Positions 12,613 to 26,004 of a stretch of 64,000 nt of DNA are shown here, one piece after another. A program made the position numbers and the translations under genes. The DNA is from Octopus bimaculoides (taxonomy: Eukaryota): positions 72,168,400 through 72,232,399 of the forward strand of contig NC_068991.1 in assembly GCF_001194135.2 (NCBI RefSeq), written 5' to 3'. The notes under the pieces are model-generated. The model was not told the origin of the DNA, ran no database searches, and saw only the letters and a program-made list of their open reading frames with translations. Numbering within the stretch: the first letter of the stretch is position 1; every line of letters begins with the position of its first letter.

Positions 12613-13969
12613 CTCTCCCCTACAAATTGCTGGCTTTGTGCCAGCCAAAATTCGAGGCCATTATTATTACTATTACAGTGGTGATGTATTAACAAACAGC
12701 AGAGAGTCATATAAAAAACCCTGCTATATCAAGTTGAAATCCTTTTTGTTCTGAATTCTAAGCCTGACCGAAATGACTTTAGCTGAGGACAATTCAGTCC
12801 ATATCACCCTTCTTAAGCTGAGTCATTGTGTCAATGTAAGTAAGAAGCTCCCATCACCCATGTTCAAATCCTATCAGTCTTCGTCTTTTCTCTCTTATAG
12901 TAATGTCAACAAAAACAAAAGTGAAGTTAGCTTTAAAATATTTAATTAAAAATAATAATGCAAGGAAGGAAAAGACAACATTAACACAATGATTGATATT
13001 TTACTGATTTTGATATGTAAAGGAGACTGTTCTGAACATGTTTCAGTCTAATTAGACCTCTTCGGTGAAGCACACACTTCATGCTTGCTGAAGAAGTGGT
13101 GAAAGAATAACTGAATAGATGTACAAAAAAAATACCATATACAAATAGGAGTGAAGAATTAGCATATTCCAAAATATAAATCACTGATGTTAATTACTCA
13201 GAGATACCAATGAGATAGCTTTTATATGGTCTCTTGATTTGCCAGAAACAGCAGCTGAATTTCCCTCAAGTCACACCATTTTGTGTTGATTAAGAAAAGA
13301 ATATACTGGATACTGTAGTTCTAGATCTCGATATTTCCGAAAGGTCAAGGTGATTACAGTTAGGTTGCCGTTTGTCATACATCTACTTGACCATGTATGA
13401 GTTAGAACTAAACAACTACAAAAACAATTTTGAAAATCATGGCGTCTGGAAAGATTATATAAACACTAACTTCCATATTTAACTAATGTTTAGAAAATAA
13501 AATAATCGGACAAAATTTTGATGGAAGTATTTGAATATAAGCACAATAAAGCAAGAGGTTTTGTATTAGGAACTGAAGGGCAGACTCAAGCAGGTTGATG
13601 TCAAAATGATTGGTTCATTTAGTATAGTCCTTCTGGAGCTTCTAGATTTGATGTTTATATAAACAGATTAGTTTGCTTCTCTGGGATTGGTCAAGTCATG
13701 CAGGTACCTCTAGTGACACTTCGGCGGGAGTTGAATATTGATTAAAGATGTTCTTCATGTAGTCAATGTAAGGAGAAGCGGGTAAATTTAACATGTCTGT
13801 CTGTCTGTCTACACATAGGTTTACATAAAGAATAAATGGAATATAATAATTAGAATGTAATAAGTAGTTGGTGTAAGGAAGGACATCCAGTCACAGAAAG
13901 CAAGCGAAAACTGGGACATATGAACAAGATGTGGTCTTCTGATACATTTAGGAAGGCAACAAATAAGAA

Positions 13970-14210
13970 TACACCATTTCGAGCGTGGCCATTGCCAGTA
14001 CCGCCTGACTGGCCTTCATGCCGGTGGCATGTAAAATCGCCCACTACACTCTCGGAGTGGTTGGCATTAGGAAGGGCATCCAGCTGTAGAAACTCTGCCA
14101 AATCAGATTGGAGCCTGGTGTAGCCATCTGGTTTCACCAGTCCTCAGTCAAATCGTCCAACCCATGCTAGCATGGAAAGTGGATGTTAAACGACGATGAT
14201 GATGATGTAG
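13970..14210 (+). mobile_element. SINE-like family B
   Basis: Match to other B copies, (gat)n tail. Confidence 0.9.
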
Positions 14211-16424
14211 GCCATCACATGTTCAAACCCATGCCAGCAAACAAAGTGAACATAAAACTAGGACAATGATGATGATGTTGCAGCAGGAAAGCTAGCTTAA
14301 TAGAAATGATTTGATTAAATATAACATCAGATTGCAGCAGTTAACTAGTGAACTAGATCATATAACACCAAGCTAATGTCTAGTAGCATATATTTAGTTG
14401 TAACTACTCAAATACTTGACATAAACTGTTCGGTTATTGCAATTTAATGCAATTAAAGTATCAACATGTAGGTTCATCAGTCTGCCTGGCACACATTCAT
14501 TAATCTTTGGAACACTCACTGTTGGCAACCCACATGTTCCTCTCTTCAACTCACAACATGGATAAGGGCCACTACGCCATTTAAAAGCCTTATACAAAAG
14601 ATAGATTACAACAACAAGAAGGAAAAAATACCCCTTAAGTGCTCTCCTAACCATCATCAAGTAAGATTTTGATTCCACTGTCCTCTACAATACAAAATAC
14701 AAGCCAATGAGGGAGCCTTGGCATAGCTAGAAAAAAAGCAGACAAATCTTTTAAATCATAGTTTTGGAGGAAGGGCACGGCACATTGGATAATGTTGCCC
14801 AACATATCTATTAAAAAAGAATTGGACAGTCATGGCTTGACCAAAGCCAATCTGGGGCTAAACTACTACACAAACACTTAACATCTCCTTAAAAAACAAT
14901 ACAAACAATATCAAACAGGCACTCAGTTTGCCAAGTCTATAACAACGACACTTCAAGAATGTGTAATTTCCTAAATGGAACAACATAATTTTCAACCATA
15001 CATGCAAAGACTCTTCTTAAGCTCTGTCACTTTTACTGCAACTGACATGGCCTCTGCTCTCTTGAACTATCTGCATAACCCTTCCTCACCTAGACTCAGT
15101 TATCTTTCCTTCTCATTTATTGTACTTTTAAATTCTCAGACCTGTCGCACTAAAAACACCTAATCTCTCTAAGAATATTATCTCTTTGGCATTCTCCCCA
15201 CTCTATTTTTTCATAGAAACTCTAACAACTAACCAAGCCGAACATCAACCCCATCATCATTGACATTATTTCATCTCTGGATAACTTATACCAACATGAT
15301 CTTAACACACATTCACAAAAAGCATGCACACACAGTCTTAAGTGCAGATTACATCACAGCCACAGCCCTCCCGTAATTCCCCAAACACAGCAAGATAATT
15401 ATTCCAATGTTATTATCAATCACTCCAAAAACAAAAGCCTTGGCTCCAACTAAATGCACCATCTTTCTCTTCTTACCAGTAACATCAAATACAATGAACT
15501 TTCCCAGTCACCAATATATCACACACACACAAGCGCACACCAAGATGACAAAAATACTAAAAGTTACATGCAATACTTCCACAACTTTCACAGCACATGC
15601 AGAAGACAGTAAAGAAAGCAAAATGATGTATGGACACACAAAGAATAAAGGTACTACTTTTGGTCAATAAAAAGATTCAACAGCAATGGTGTGCAAAAAG
15701 AACATCAAGATCTATCTTGGACTGTGGCACATCTTGTCAGGATTTCCAAATCTATTAAACTACAAAGAAGTCAAAATAGCACACTTCACATCAATGGATG
15801 CACAAAGACAATCTACAGTGAAGTAAAAACACTGAAAATTGAAAGAGCAATGGGATATGCAAGAGGCAGTTCTATTGTAGTCTTCATGTAGCTGTATACA
15901 CATTGAGCCCCATACAAAAACACATTTACAATACCATCCTAGAAATACTGCTGATATAGTTCAAGCAAATATGATAAACACATACTGGAGCTATAAACAC
16001 TTGGGATACACAGCAGTAATAAGTGTAAAGGAATATAAACTATTAGACTTTAACTGAGCCTACTTCACCCATATCTGCTGTGGAAACAGCAGAATCAGCA
16101 GAAACAAAGCTGAGAACAGAGGAAGTTCAACATTTCTATATTGCCCACATACGATTAATTGCTGTATATCAGAATTTATGATTGACGTATTTTAAAAACA
16201 ATTTTGTGCTTTCTAAGAAACTGATCTGGCAGCCCTAATCTCTACCACCACCACCACTTACTAACTACATTAATTAGAGATTAATACTATATAAGTTACA
16301 GGATCGATTGGTACCATAGGAAGAATATTGGTTAAATTAAAACAAGTGTGTTATCAACATGTGTTTACTTACCCCCATAGAAACTGGTATCCTAACAATA
16401 CAGACACTAGTGAACACCAATAGA

Positions 16425-16640
16425 TTATCCCCTTAGCATTTAAACCAGTAATATTCAGCCCCTACCTGTTATATGTTCAAACTGGTCAGATCTGGCCTCT
16501 CACACTTAACCTACAATGTTATTCTAAAAATAAGCAATCACATCATTGAAATCTCAAAACTACAAGATAATGCATGGTTAATTCAAAATTATGCGCATAA
16601 ATTAGCAGTACATTTAACAGAATAATCTGAAGAGGAGACG
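16425..16640. mobile_element. Interspersed repeat, probable piggyBac-type MITE fragment
   Basis: Similar to 27090-27240 (ttaacctgtttagcctttaaaccgg...ctcacac...caatgtcattct...caatcacatc.ttgaa); that copy starts with TTAA-CC. Confidence 0.55.
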
Positions 16641-17238
16641 TACATTTTCAGTTAAATGTGTAGTAAATCAATATCCTAACACATTGTTAGAAATAATGGC
16701 CAACAAGGAATGGAATAATTCTAGGGTTATTTTTTGTAGCAGAAAGGATCTTTCACATCATTTCTTTGTTCTTTTGAAAGAAGTTCAATCCAAAACCTTA
16801 ATTATTTACCTAACAGTCAAACTAGTTTGTTTGTATTTTACAGTTTTGTAGTCCCTATCAAGCTGCTAAATTAAACGAGACAAGAGTTTATCCTCAGGAC
16901 ACAATACAACACTAGTTGTGGAAAATAAAAACCAGATCTAACATCCTGTCCACTCAACCAAAGTGACATTATTTCCTCTTGCCACAAACACATATTTACT
17001 AATGCTTAACGGTATAAACCAACATGTCTAAAAGCAAATAGATTAAACCTGGAAGAATTAAATAAGCCAAAAGATACTCAGAATTCACTTAAATGTCAAC
17101 AATGTCAATGTTCTAGAAGCCAGTATCACTGCTTAATACTGTGGCTGAAGCTGTTATGGAAACAAGCAATGACATTCTTCTATTTCTGATCCATAACTAC
17201 AAATCATAAAATTGCATATTATGAACAGTGTATGAGTG

Positions 17239-18215
17239 TGTAACGTTCTTCTCTTGCTCTGTTATATATATACATGAATGTGGACGTAGTGGTTAACAGC
17301 TAGCCTTCGGCCGCGTTTTTGGACCCTGTTGTGTCCACCACTCTGATTGGTTGGTATTGGTGCATTTTTGTCTCTTGTTTTATTTCGTGCCAAGGTGCAA
17401 CCCAACCAATCGCAACCTCCAGATAAGGTTGCGTGGGACAGTTTTTCTGAACCCGTTTGAGCCGATAGTATATTATAAATAGCTAGCTTTACACTGTCCT
17501 GGTTGTTAGTCGGCTTTAGACCTTCTGAAATCTAGCCGCTGACCGCAGAGCACACAACCAGTTCCAATGATGATACATCTCATGGAGACTTGTCAACACT
17601 TCGTCCAGCATTCAGGACCTCCATCTTCGTCGCCAGTATCATCTTCTTGACTACAACTTCTCTACGTACACACCACCAACAGCGCTCGCACAGGTTCAAT
17701 CAGCACTGTTTGTGAATTGCTTCACCATGGTTAACAGCAGATACAACCTGCAAGACCTCCTGTACCAAGTAACCAGCCACAGCATTGAAGCCTCAACTTC
17801 TTGTGCAACAGTATCTCTTCTCGGCTCTGCCTTGCTGCCACAACTTCTTGTTACAGCACCTCAACCACTGTATACCTTGCATACGAACTGGCATTTACCA
17901 TCCTTGTGTCCGGAATTTCTCTCAACATCCTTATAGACTCTTTTCTATACTCTGTATTTCTCGCACACACATACACACGTTTGTATACACATACACTTTG
18001 TTTACATGACGGCCTGTCTATTATTGTGTTTATTATGTTGCACTCACACACACAGAAATACATGTTGACATATCAATAAAACCTTCTACCGGTTGTGTCT
18101 CTCTTTTCCTTCTTGGCATTTATATACATTTAACCTCTTTTCGTGTTTTTTATTTCTATCGACTTTGCGATGTGCTAAAGGAGTCGTTCCTCGTCACCAT
18201 CACCTGGTCGCTACA
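17239..18215 (+). mobile_element. Solo LTR (probably Gypsy-type), 977 bp
   Basis: Begins TGTAACG, ends CGCTACA (6/7 inverted match); flanks AGTG/AGTC (4-bp TSD, 1 mismatch); CCAAT about 17406, TATAAATA 17474, AATAAA 18075. Confidence 0.75.
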
Positions 18216-18354
18216 AGTCCTTATTGTTGCTGAGATGTCCTGGTCAGCTTCTATCAAGTAGACCTACAATGGAGCTACAACAATAAATTCCATTAATCAA
18301 TTTGTTATACAAATAAACTCCAACATGTTTCTAGCCTTTCTATACCTAAATAAA

Positions 18355-18482
18355 CTCTACCAAATCAGATTGGAGCCTGGTGTAGCCATCTGGTTTCACC
18401 AGTCCTCAGTCAAATCGTCCAACCCATGCCAACATGGAAAGCAGACGTTAAACGACGACGATGATGATGATGATGATGATGA
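18355..18482 (+). mobile_element. Family B 3' fragment
   Basis: cagattggagcctggtgtagcc...gttaaacgacgacgatgat. Confidence 0.85.
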
Positions 18483-18679
18483 ACAGCATGAATTTAGTGG
18501 AATTTGTCTTTTATGTTTCTGCTTGCAATAAAATTTAATGGTATTTTCTTTTGAATGCCTTCAAGTGTCCGGCTTTAGCTGAATTTGAACTCAGACTCTT
18601 TACTTCATCAATTCATTTTGTCGCAGTGTTATAGGATAAGAGTATAGAAACTTTTGATTTTTAAAAAATGTCTGAGTGC

Positions 18680-19035
18680 AAACATGGTTGCGTGGTTAAG
18701 AAGCCTGCTTTGTGAGCTCAAGGTTTCAAGTTCAGTCTTACCTAGAGTGTCTTCTGCTACAGCCCCAGTTGACCAATGCCTTTTCAAGTTAATCTGGTCC
18801 ACAGTAACTGTGGAAGCCAATCGTTTGCGTTTGTCCCACCAACACTTAACCAGTGTCGGTCTGTTTATGTCCCTGTAACTTAGCAGTTCAGCGAAAGTGG
18901 TTGATAGAATAAATAACAGACTTTAAAAATAAAAAAAAATCTTGGGGTCAATTTGTTCGACTAAACCCTTCAAGGCGGTACTCCATCATGGCTGCAGTCG
19001 AATGACTGGCTGCAGTCGAATGACTGGACCCAACC
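18680..19035 (+). mobile_element. SINE family A (diverged), with 18-bp tandem duplication near the 3' end
   Basis: Head, CORE-like part and tail match; gctgcagtcgaatgactg x2. Confidence 0.75.
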
Positions 19036-20589
19036 AAAGAGATACATGTTTGTATGTTTTGTGTGTGTGTGTGTATGTGTGTGTGTGCGTGTGCGCGCGC
19101 GCGACGTCTAAAGGTACTCTCAAGACAAACTAAGGTTGTCTAAATTACTCTGATTTCACTATTGTCTTTAAAACTAGGGTATTTAGAGAGAAACTCCGAG
19201 TGTCAACCTCAATTAGAGACGATTTTGTATAGTCCAATGCGTTTGTTTTAAAGACAGTGGAGTAGATTTGAGAGAGGTTTATCCGTGATCTATTGACGTA
19301 GTCATACAGAGGACTGTTTCAATTTAAAGCTCACAACTAAATATACAAATTAATAATATCTTAACCTATACCACGTAAAAAAATAAAAAAAATTAGATGC
19401 TGTGAAGATTTCAATAAAAGATTGGTCATTTTTTATAATGATATTTTATTGACTTTAGTCTCCTCACAGACAATAAATTCATTCGATAATTGACAAGCAT
19501 CATCAATTATAATGCATTGGTAATATCCAGCAACTGACTGTATGGTATTTACAGGTTTCAAAAACAAAAAGAAGAAAAAAAGGTTAAATAATTATACCAT
19601 AAAAAGAAACATCTTTACAGAGGATATTATCAGATTTTCTTTATAAATTGCTTGTCTGCTTAACTCACTGCCCACCTTTTTTACTCGTTACAAGCTTCTG
19701 TTATAGTATTATAGGTGTGTCCTGACTTAGGAATGTAATTCATTAGAAAAGGAAAAAAATATAGAAATAAAAATGAATGTAGCCTTCTATTGATCTTTAC
19801 ACGAAATACTTGAGAGTGATTCCCCCTCTCCCGTCATTTATCAACGTATATAAAACACGCGCACACTGAAGAGAAAGAAAGAAAAAGAAGTTTATATATA
19901 AATGGTAGAGGGAAGAAATCTCAATGGCATGACAGTGTACTATAGCTATATTTATTTATTTCTTACCATTCAAGCTTAGTCAATACAAAACGTGCTGTGA
20001 ACGTATGCCAATTTTGGTGGGAGTAGGGGAAAGCCAAAAAGATTTATCAAACAGGGTTCATTAATTTCTCCACCAAGACAATAAGTGTAACTAACTGTTA
20101 ATTTCTTCCAGGACAACCCTCTCATTAATTTCCTAACAGTTGCCCTGCCATCAGTCAACGATAAAAATAAAAAGATTTCCAAGCCGCGCAGATAGATATT
20201 CGTTAATCAGAAGGGGCATGAAGCTAAGGACAGGCGTCTAAACAAGGTAACCTTATATCTGCGAGGTATTTTGGCTCGAAAAACTTCCCTGTCCGTTCCA
20301 CTTGTGTAGTAGAAGGTATGAAGAGTGGAGAGGCGGTGTAGGGTGGCGGGCAGTCAAGTATAAAGAGACGTTAGTTTTCTAAGTCTGAATGGCTGAGCGT
20401 TGCTACTGGTAACTAACTGACCCAAAGGTGACATTCCAGCAATTGATGGAATATGACAAATAAAAATAATCTTGCTGGACTTGAAAGAAAAGAATGTTAA
20501 TACATATGGAATGCTATAAAAATATACATCATTCCGTGGAACACTTTATAACACTGGTGAGGTGTATTAAAAATGATAATAATAATAAT

Positions 20590-20805
20590 AATCCTTTCTA
20601 CTATAGGCATAAGACCTGAGATTTGAGGGGAGGAGGGGCTGGTCGATTTCATTGATTCCCCAGTATTTGACTGGTACTTACTTTACCGAAAGGATGAAAA
20701 GCAAAGTCGACTTCGGTGGAATTTGAACTCTGGACGTAAAGACGAACGAAATGCCGTTAAGCGTTTTGCCTGGCATGCTAACGGTTCCGCCAGCTGGCCG
20801 CCTCA
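20590..20805 (-). mobile_element. SINE family D
   Basis: Revcomp aggcggccagctggcggaaccgttagcatgcc...gagttcaaattcc...gtcgactttg...tcatcctttcgg...aagtaccagt...tagtagaaaggatta; many copies. Confidence 0.85.
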
Positions 20806-20822
20806 ACAACAACAACAACAAC

Positions 20823-20892
<70 letters not shown>
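20806..20892. repeat. (AAC)n(AAT)n microsatellite between two tandem SINE D copies
   Basis: Direct; the second D fragment (20893-20958) runs into the gap at 20959-21282. Confidence 0.95.
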
Positions 20893-20894
<2 letters not shown>

Positions 20895-23476
20895 CCTTTC
20901 TACTGCAGGTACAAGGTCGGGAATTTGGGGGTAGTGGACAAGTGGATTACATCGATTCNNNNNNNNNNNNNNNNNNNNNNNNNNNNNNNNNNNNNNNNNN
21001 NNNNNNNNNNNNNNNNNNNNNNNNNNNNNNNNNNNNNNNNNNNNNNNNNNNNNNNNNNNNNNNNNNNNNNNNNNNNNNNNNNNNNNNNNNNNNNNNNNNN
21101 NNNNNNNNNNNNNNNNNNNNNNNNNNNNNNNNNNNNNNNNNNNNNNNNNNNNNNNNNNNNNNNNNNNNNNNNNNNNNNNNNNNNNNNNNNNNNNNNNNNN
21201 NNNNNNNNNNNNNNNNNNNNNNNNNNNNNNNNNNNNNNNNNNNNNNNNNNNNNNNNNNNNNNNNNNNNNNNNNNNNNNNNNNACAGCTTACTAGAAATAA
21301 CAGCCTAACCCCTGTTAATTCACACCATGTTAAAAAAAAAAGATAGCAAGGATACATTGGATAATGTGATCCTAAATGATCTATAATCGAAAAATAAAAC
21401 GATGCAGAACAAAGTAAAAATAAAAGGGGGGGGGGTTCTGACTTCTCTGGAACAGATTGTTATTTCCAAGAAACTAAGCGGAAGTCACTGTTCATCAATG
21501 AGATAGCAATTATCGATTGGATCAAATTGAAACTTCGTAGAAATCGATTACTTCGTTGTAAGACGTAATAACTGTTATATACAGCTTTTACAAAGTATTG
21601 TAAACATTCACATCCTCTTCGCCCGGCATAAACCGGTGATAAAAGAGGAAGCTTTTGTTTTATTTTACAACGTGTAACAAGCAGCAGCCGAATTTCCCCC
21701 CTCAAATACACTACACAGATTTCTATTTTTATGTTTCTAAATGAGACATAGGGCAATGTGGTTCTTGCACGAAAAGGCGAGATGGGTATAACCGGAACAT
21801 ATCTGATCACATTTGTACTTAATCAGAGCAGAACTATAAAGGGTGGGGCTTAAACAAGAGCTATTAAGTATACACATAGGGATTGTTTTTTTTTCTTTTA
21901 CAATCCGATTTAAAAAATTTAAATTTTGCCAATTCGAAAGGAGATCGAAAAGGTAGGGGAACAGAAATGAAAATGTCAATTACGCATTTTCCAATTAAGA
22001 TGCATAATAAAGGAACAAAATAAAAGTGGATTTCTTTTTTGTTTAAAACAGCCGCCACATCCCTCTTGCAATTAACTTATTGAAGAGTGTGGGGGGATCA
22101 GGAAGAAAATTGATTCCATCCGTTTCTACAATGCAATTTTGACACAGAAACAAATTATATAAGTCGCAAAAATATCTAGAATACATGGAATGTAAAAGTA
22201 TTCGTGTTTTAAATGAAATATGTCTAGTTTTATCTAATTTTTCCTTCATGCAATATCTAAGTATTATAAAAAAAAAAACTGTTGCTGGATGGGCAGAGAT
22301 GTTTTAAAGAAAAGAAGCTAAATTAAACAAACTATAACTATAAACTGTCACAAATTTAAAACATTTTCACCCCACCCCAACACAAAAAAAATAGAAAAAA
22401 AGGACAGTTTTAAAGAAGCATTTCGAGCAGACAAAAGATTACATTCAAACACCCTAAGGGGTTTAATACAAAAGAAAAAGAGCACAGCCATCAAATGTCA
22501 CTGAGAGAAAAACCTCTACGCAGTCTTTCGAAGTGAGAAATAAACAACAATTTCCCTCAAACTACACAGAACAGTCTTTTAAAAAAGTTCACAACACGAC
22601 GTAACAAATAAGGACGAGATGGTCACGGCCAGAACGCCTTCGATCGCACATAGATCTGCTTGATCAGAGCTGACCTACGACTGACTATTCCTTACGATTT
22701 GTAAATGTTGATTGAAAGAAAGACATTATTTTCAACAAGACAACTTGTTTTTTTGTTTTCTTAAAAGTAACGAAATTTCCAATATTTTGAATCCTAATTT
22801 AGAAAAAAATCCATATTGTTTGTATTTTTAAGAGAATGGAATGAATAAATAAAAGGCCAAGAGAAGGAACATCGGAGTTGTGGGGGGGATGTATTAAGGA
22901 AAGAGGTGTGACCCGCAAACAACGTGACAAAGTTTTGTGAAAGTTAAGTGATTTATATACATAACATTTAAGGAGGAAAATAATTATTAGAGAATGATTT
23001 GGCACTATATATTGTTAATATATACAGTATTATATGTCAAATGATTTATAACAAGAAAAAAGAGAGTCAGAGAGACAGAGAGATGTTGGGTGAACAATTG
23101 TGAGTTTGAACTTATAAACATTTCATTTAAAAATGTGGAGTTAACATGAATAATATAGTCTTTATGAAGCAGAAAAACAAACAAAATAATACAATATGCG
23201 CAGCGAGAAAGTCGAGAAGTCAAATAGCATGATACAGAATGTTAATGACAGCGAAGCAATTTAAAGAAATGTATTAGAAATATTTTAATAACAGATGTGT
23301 GTGTGTGTGTGTGTGTGTTAGTGAAGAAGTAGAGAGAGAAAAAAAGTAAGTAGCGCGAATTATTAGGACTGCTTATAGAGATCTAGCGACATAACAACAG
23401 TTATGTTCAATAGCGGGAGAAAAAGTGAAGCATATGCTTTTTTTGTAGAGTGACAAAGGTGTTTGAAATAACTTAC

Positions 23477-23620
23477 CTAATAAAGTAGTCAGTCCAGAGA
23501 GATTTTAGGTAACTAAATTGAAAAGTCTCATGTATGAAAAATGGCTGCAAGTTGAGGTTTGAAAGTGGAGAGTCGAGTGGACGATAAAAGGCGGTTGCTG
23601 ATTGGTTGAAACTTTCGGGC
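23477..23620 (-). promoter_or_regulatory. Candidate promoter and non-coding first exon of a minus-strand transcript
   Basis: On the minus strand: CCAATCA about 23605, YY1-like GCCATTTT about 23547, and a consensus donor TAG|GTAAGT at 23477/23476; locally CpG-retaining. No downstream coding exon identified. Confidence 0.35.
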
Positions 23621-23894
23621 ACTAATAACAATAAGTGAAAATAAATAAATAAGAAACAAACGAATTAACAAAAGTAAAAGTAAATGAATAAATAGTTTAA
23701 AGAGAAAAGACAAAAAAAATGAAACAAAGAAATATGTGAGAGTAAAAATATTAAATGAATGAAATTAAACGAGCAAGTAAGGGAATTAGAAACGATTAGA
23801 TCGATAAAATTTAGAAAAATAATAACAATTAAATTTAAAAAATTAATCATACAAATAATAGTGAGTGATAATTTATTCACTGAAATTATATGTA

Positions 23895-23918
23895 TAAGTG
23901 TATGTAAGTATGTATGTA

Positions 23919-23967
<49 letters not shown>

Positions 23968-23969
23968 GG

Positions 23970-24001
<32 letters not shown>

Positions 24002-24056
24002 GTATATATACACAAATGTATATGTATATATATATATATATATATATACACAAATG

Positions 24057-24107
<51 letters not shown>
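23895..24107. repeat. Compound (TATG)/(TG)/(TA)n microsatellite
   Basis: Direct. Confidence 0.95.
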
Positions 24108-24110
<3 letters not shown>

Positions 24111-24360
24111 GGTGGCACGTAAAAAACACCATTTTCAGCGTGGCCATTGCCAGTACCGTGTGACTGGCCCTCGTGCCGGTGGCATGTAAAAGCATCCACT
24201 ACACTCTCGGAGTGGTTGGCGTTAGGAAGGGCATCCAGCTGTAGAAACTCTGCCAGATCAGATTGGAGCCTGGTGCAGCCTGCTGGTTTGCCAGTCCTCA
24301 GTCAAATCGTCCAACCCATGCTAGCATGGAAAGCGGACGTTAAACGATGATGATGATGAT
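24108..24360 (+). mobile_element. SINE-like family B, 5'-truncated, inserted at (TA)n
   Basis: Match to other B copies; TA runs on both sides. Confidence 0.9.
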
Positions 24361-25164
24361 ATATATATATAATGGAGAAATTATACAAAATGTATAAATA
24401 GATGATGAGTAAAGCACCAATACAGTTTTGATTACCTGATGTTATCTATAGATTTATTCCAGGAACTTTGTATATACACACACATCCAAATACGCACGCA
24501 TACACACACACAAAATAGAATAAAGAAACAGAAATAGAATTGAGTTGAAATTTAATTTTATTTGATGTCAAACTGAATGTATTTTAAATAGTTGGTACCA
24601 GCTATGAGAAAATCAAAATCAATCAGTCAATCAATCAAACAATCAATCAATCAAATAAATAAATAAAAGAAAATATTGAGAAACAAATAAAAAGAATGCT
24701 AAAATTACCACCACCACCACCTACCACACCAACAACAACAGCAGCAGCAGCAGTAACACTGTCATCAAATGGATAAATAATATTTAATCTCCTTTCACAT
24801 TGTAATTAACTTGATCAATGAATTAAGCGATTGCTAAAGAGCTTTGCTGTAAAAAATGTCGAGCTACATTCCTATAACTTAACTTATATTCATTTCATTA
24901 AATGTTCATTTGGATCTGCATTTAAGAACATGGAATTAAATTGAATCCATAATTATATTAAATTTTGATTTTCTATTTCTTTCAATTTTAATTTTAGATT
25001 AAAATAATCTTGAATTTTAATTTCAAATAGTTTTTTTTTTTATTTATTTACCTATGTATTTGTTTTGGGTAATTTCAAACAACAAAAAAAGCCCTGAAAA
25101 TTTTTTTTTATATATTTTAATATACTGCATAATGGCTTTATTCCATCTACCCTTATCTTTACAT

Positions 25165-25548
25165 AGCTTAGGCATGGCTGTGAGGTAAGAAGCTTGCTTC
25201 CCAACCACATGGTTCTAAGATCAGTCCCACTGTGTGGCACCTTGGGCAAGTCTCTTCTACTATAACCTAGGGCTGACCAAAGCCTTGTGAGTGGATTTAG
25301 GAGACGGAAACTGAAAGAAGCCCGTCGTATATATATGTGTGTGTATGTGTATGTTTGTGTCTGTGTTCCCACCCACCACTGCTTGATAACTGGTGCTGGT
25401 ATGTTTATGTCCCCATAACTTAGCAGTTCGACAAATGACCCCAAAAGAAAAAGGTACTGGGGTCGATACATTCAACTAAAAATTCTTCAAGGCAGTGCCC
25501 CAGCATGGCCGCAGTCTAATGACTGAAACAAGTAAAAGATAAAAGATT
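25165..25548 (+). mobile_element. SINE family A
   Basis: Full head, core, microsatellite and tail. Confidence 0.9.
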
Positions 25549-25723
25549 TTAAAACATAGTCTAATAACATCTATGTGTTTTTCTTTTTTTTTCATTTTAT
25601 TTTTATTTTACTGTATGAATGAACTGGTCAATGGCATAAGTACCAATTGAGCACTGATGTAACTGACCAGCCCCCAACTCACCTGAAATTTCAGATATTA
25701 TACCTATAGTAGAAAGGATTATC

Positions 25724-25759
<36 letters not shown>

Positions 25760-26004
25760 GTCACACAAGTAAAACAATATTTCTCTTAACTTGACACTAA
25801 ACCTATTTTGTGATGAAAGGGAGAAGCATTACAAGTTAATTGAATTGAGCTCCGAGCTCTGCGCATTATGGATGCTGGCTTAAAATCAATATCAGCCGGA
25901 TTAAAACTCATCACTAAACATTCCTCTTTCAAGAAAAAAAGAACAAAATAAAATAACTGAAAATAGCATTACATATGTGTGTGTGTGTGTGTGTATGTAT
26001 ATAT

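Noticed and set aside
19976-20182. 68-aa minus ORF ending near a GTAAGA donor
   Set aside because: TTG start, a stop before the donor, and no homology recognised.
22169-22190. miR-1-like TGGAATGTAAA
   Set aside because: The 3' half diverges from miR-1 and there is no precursor hairpin.
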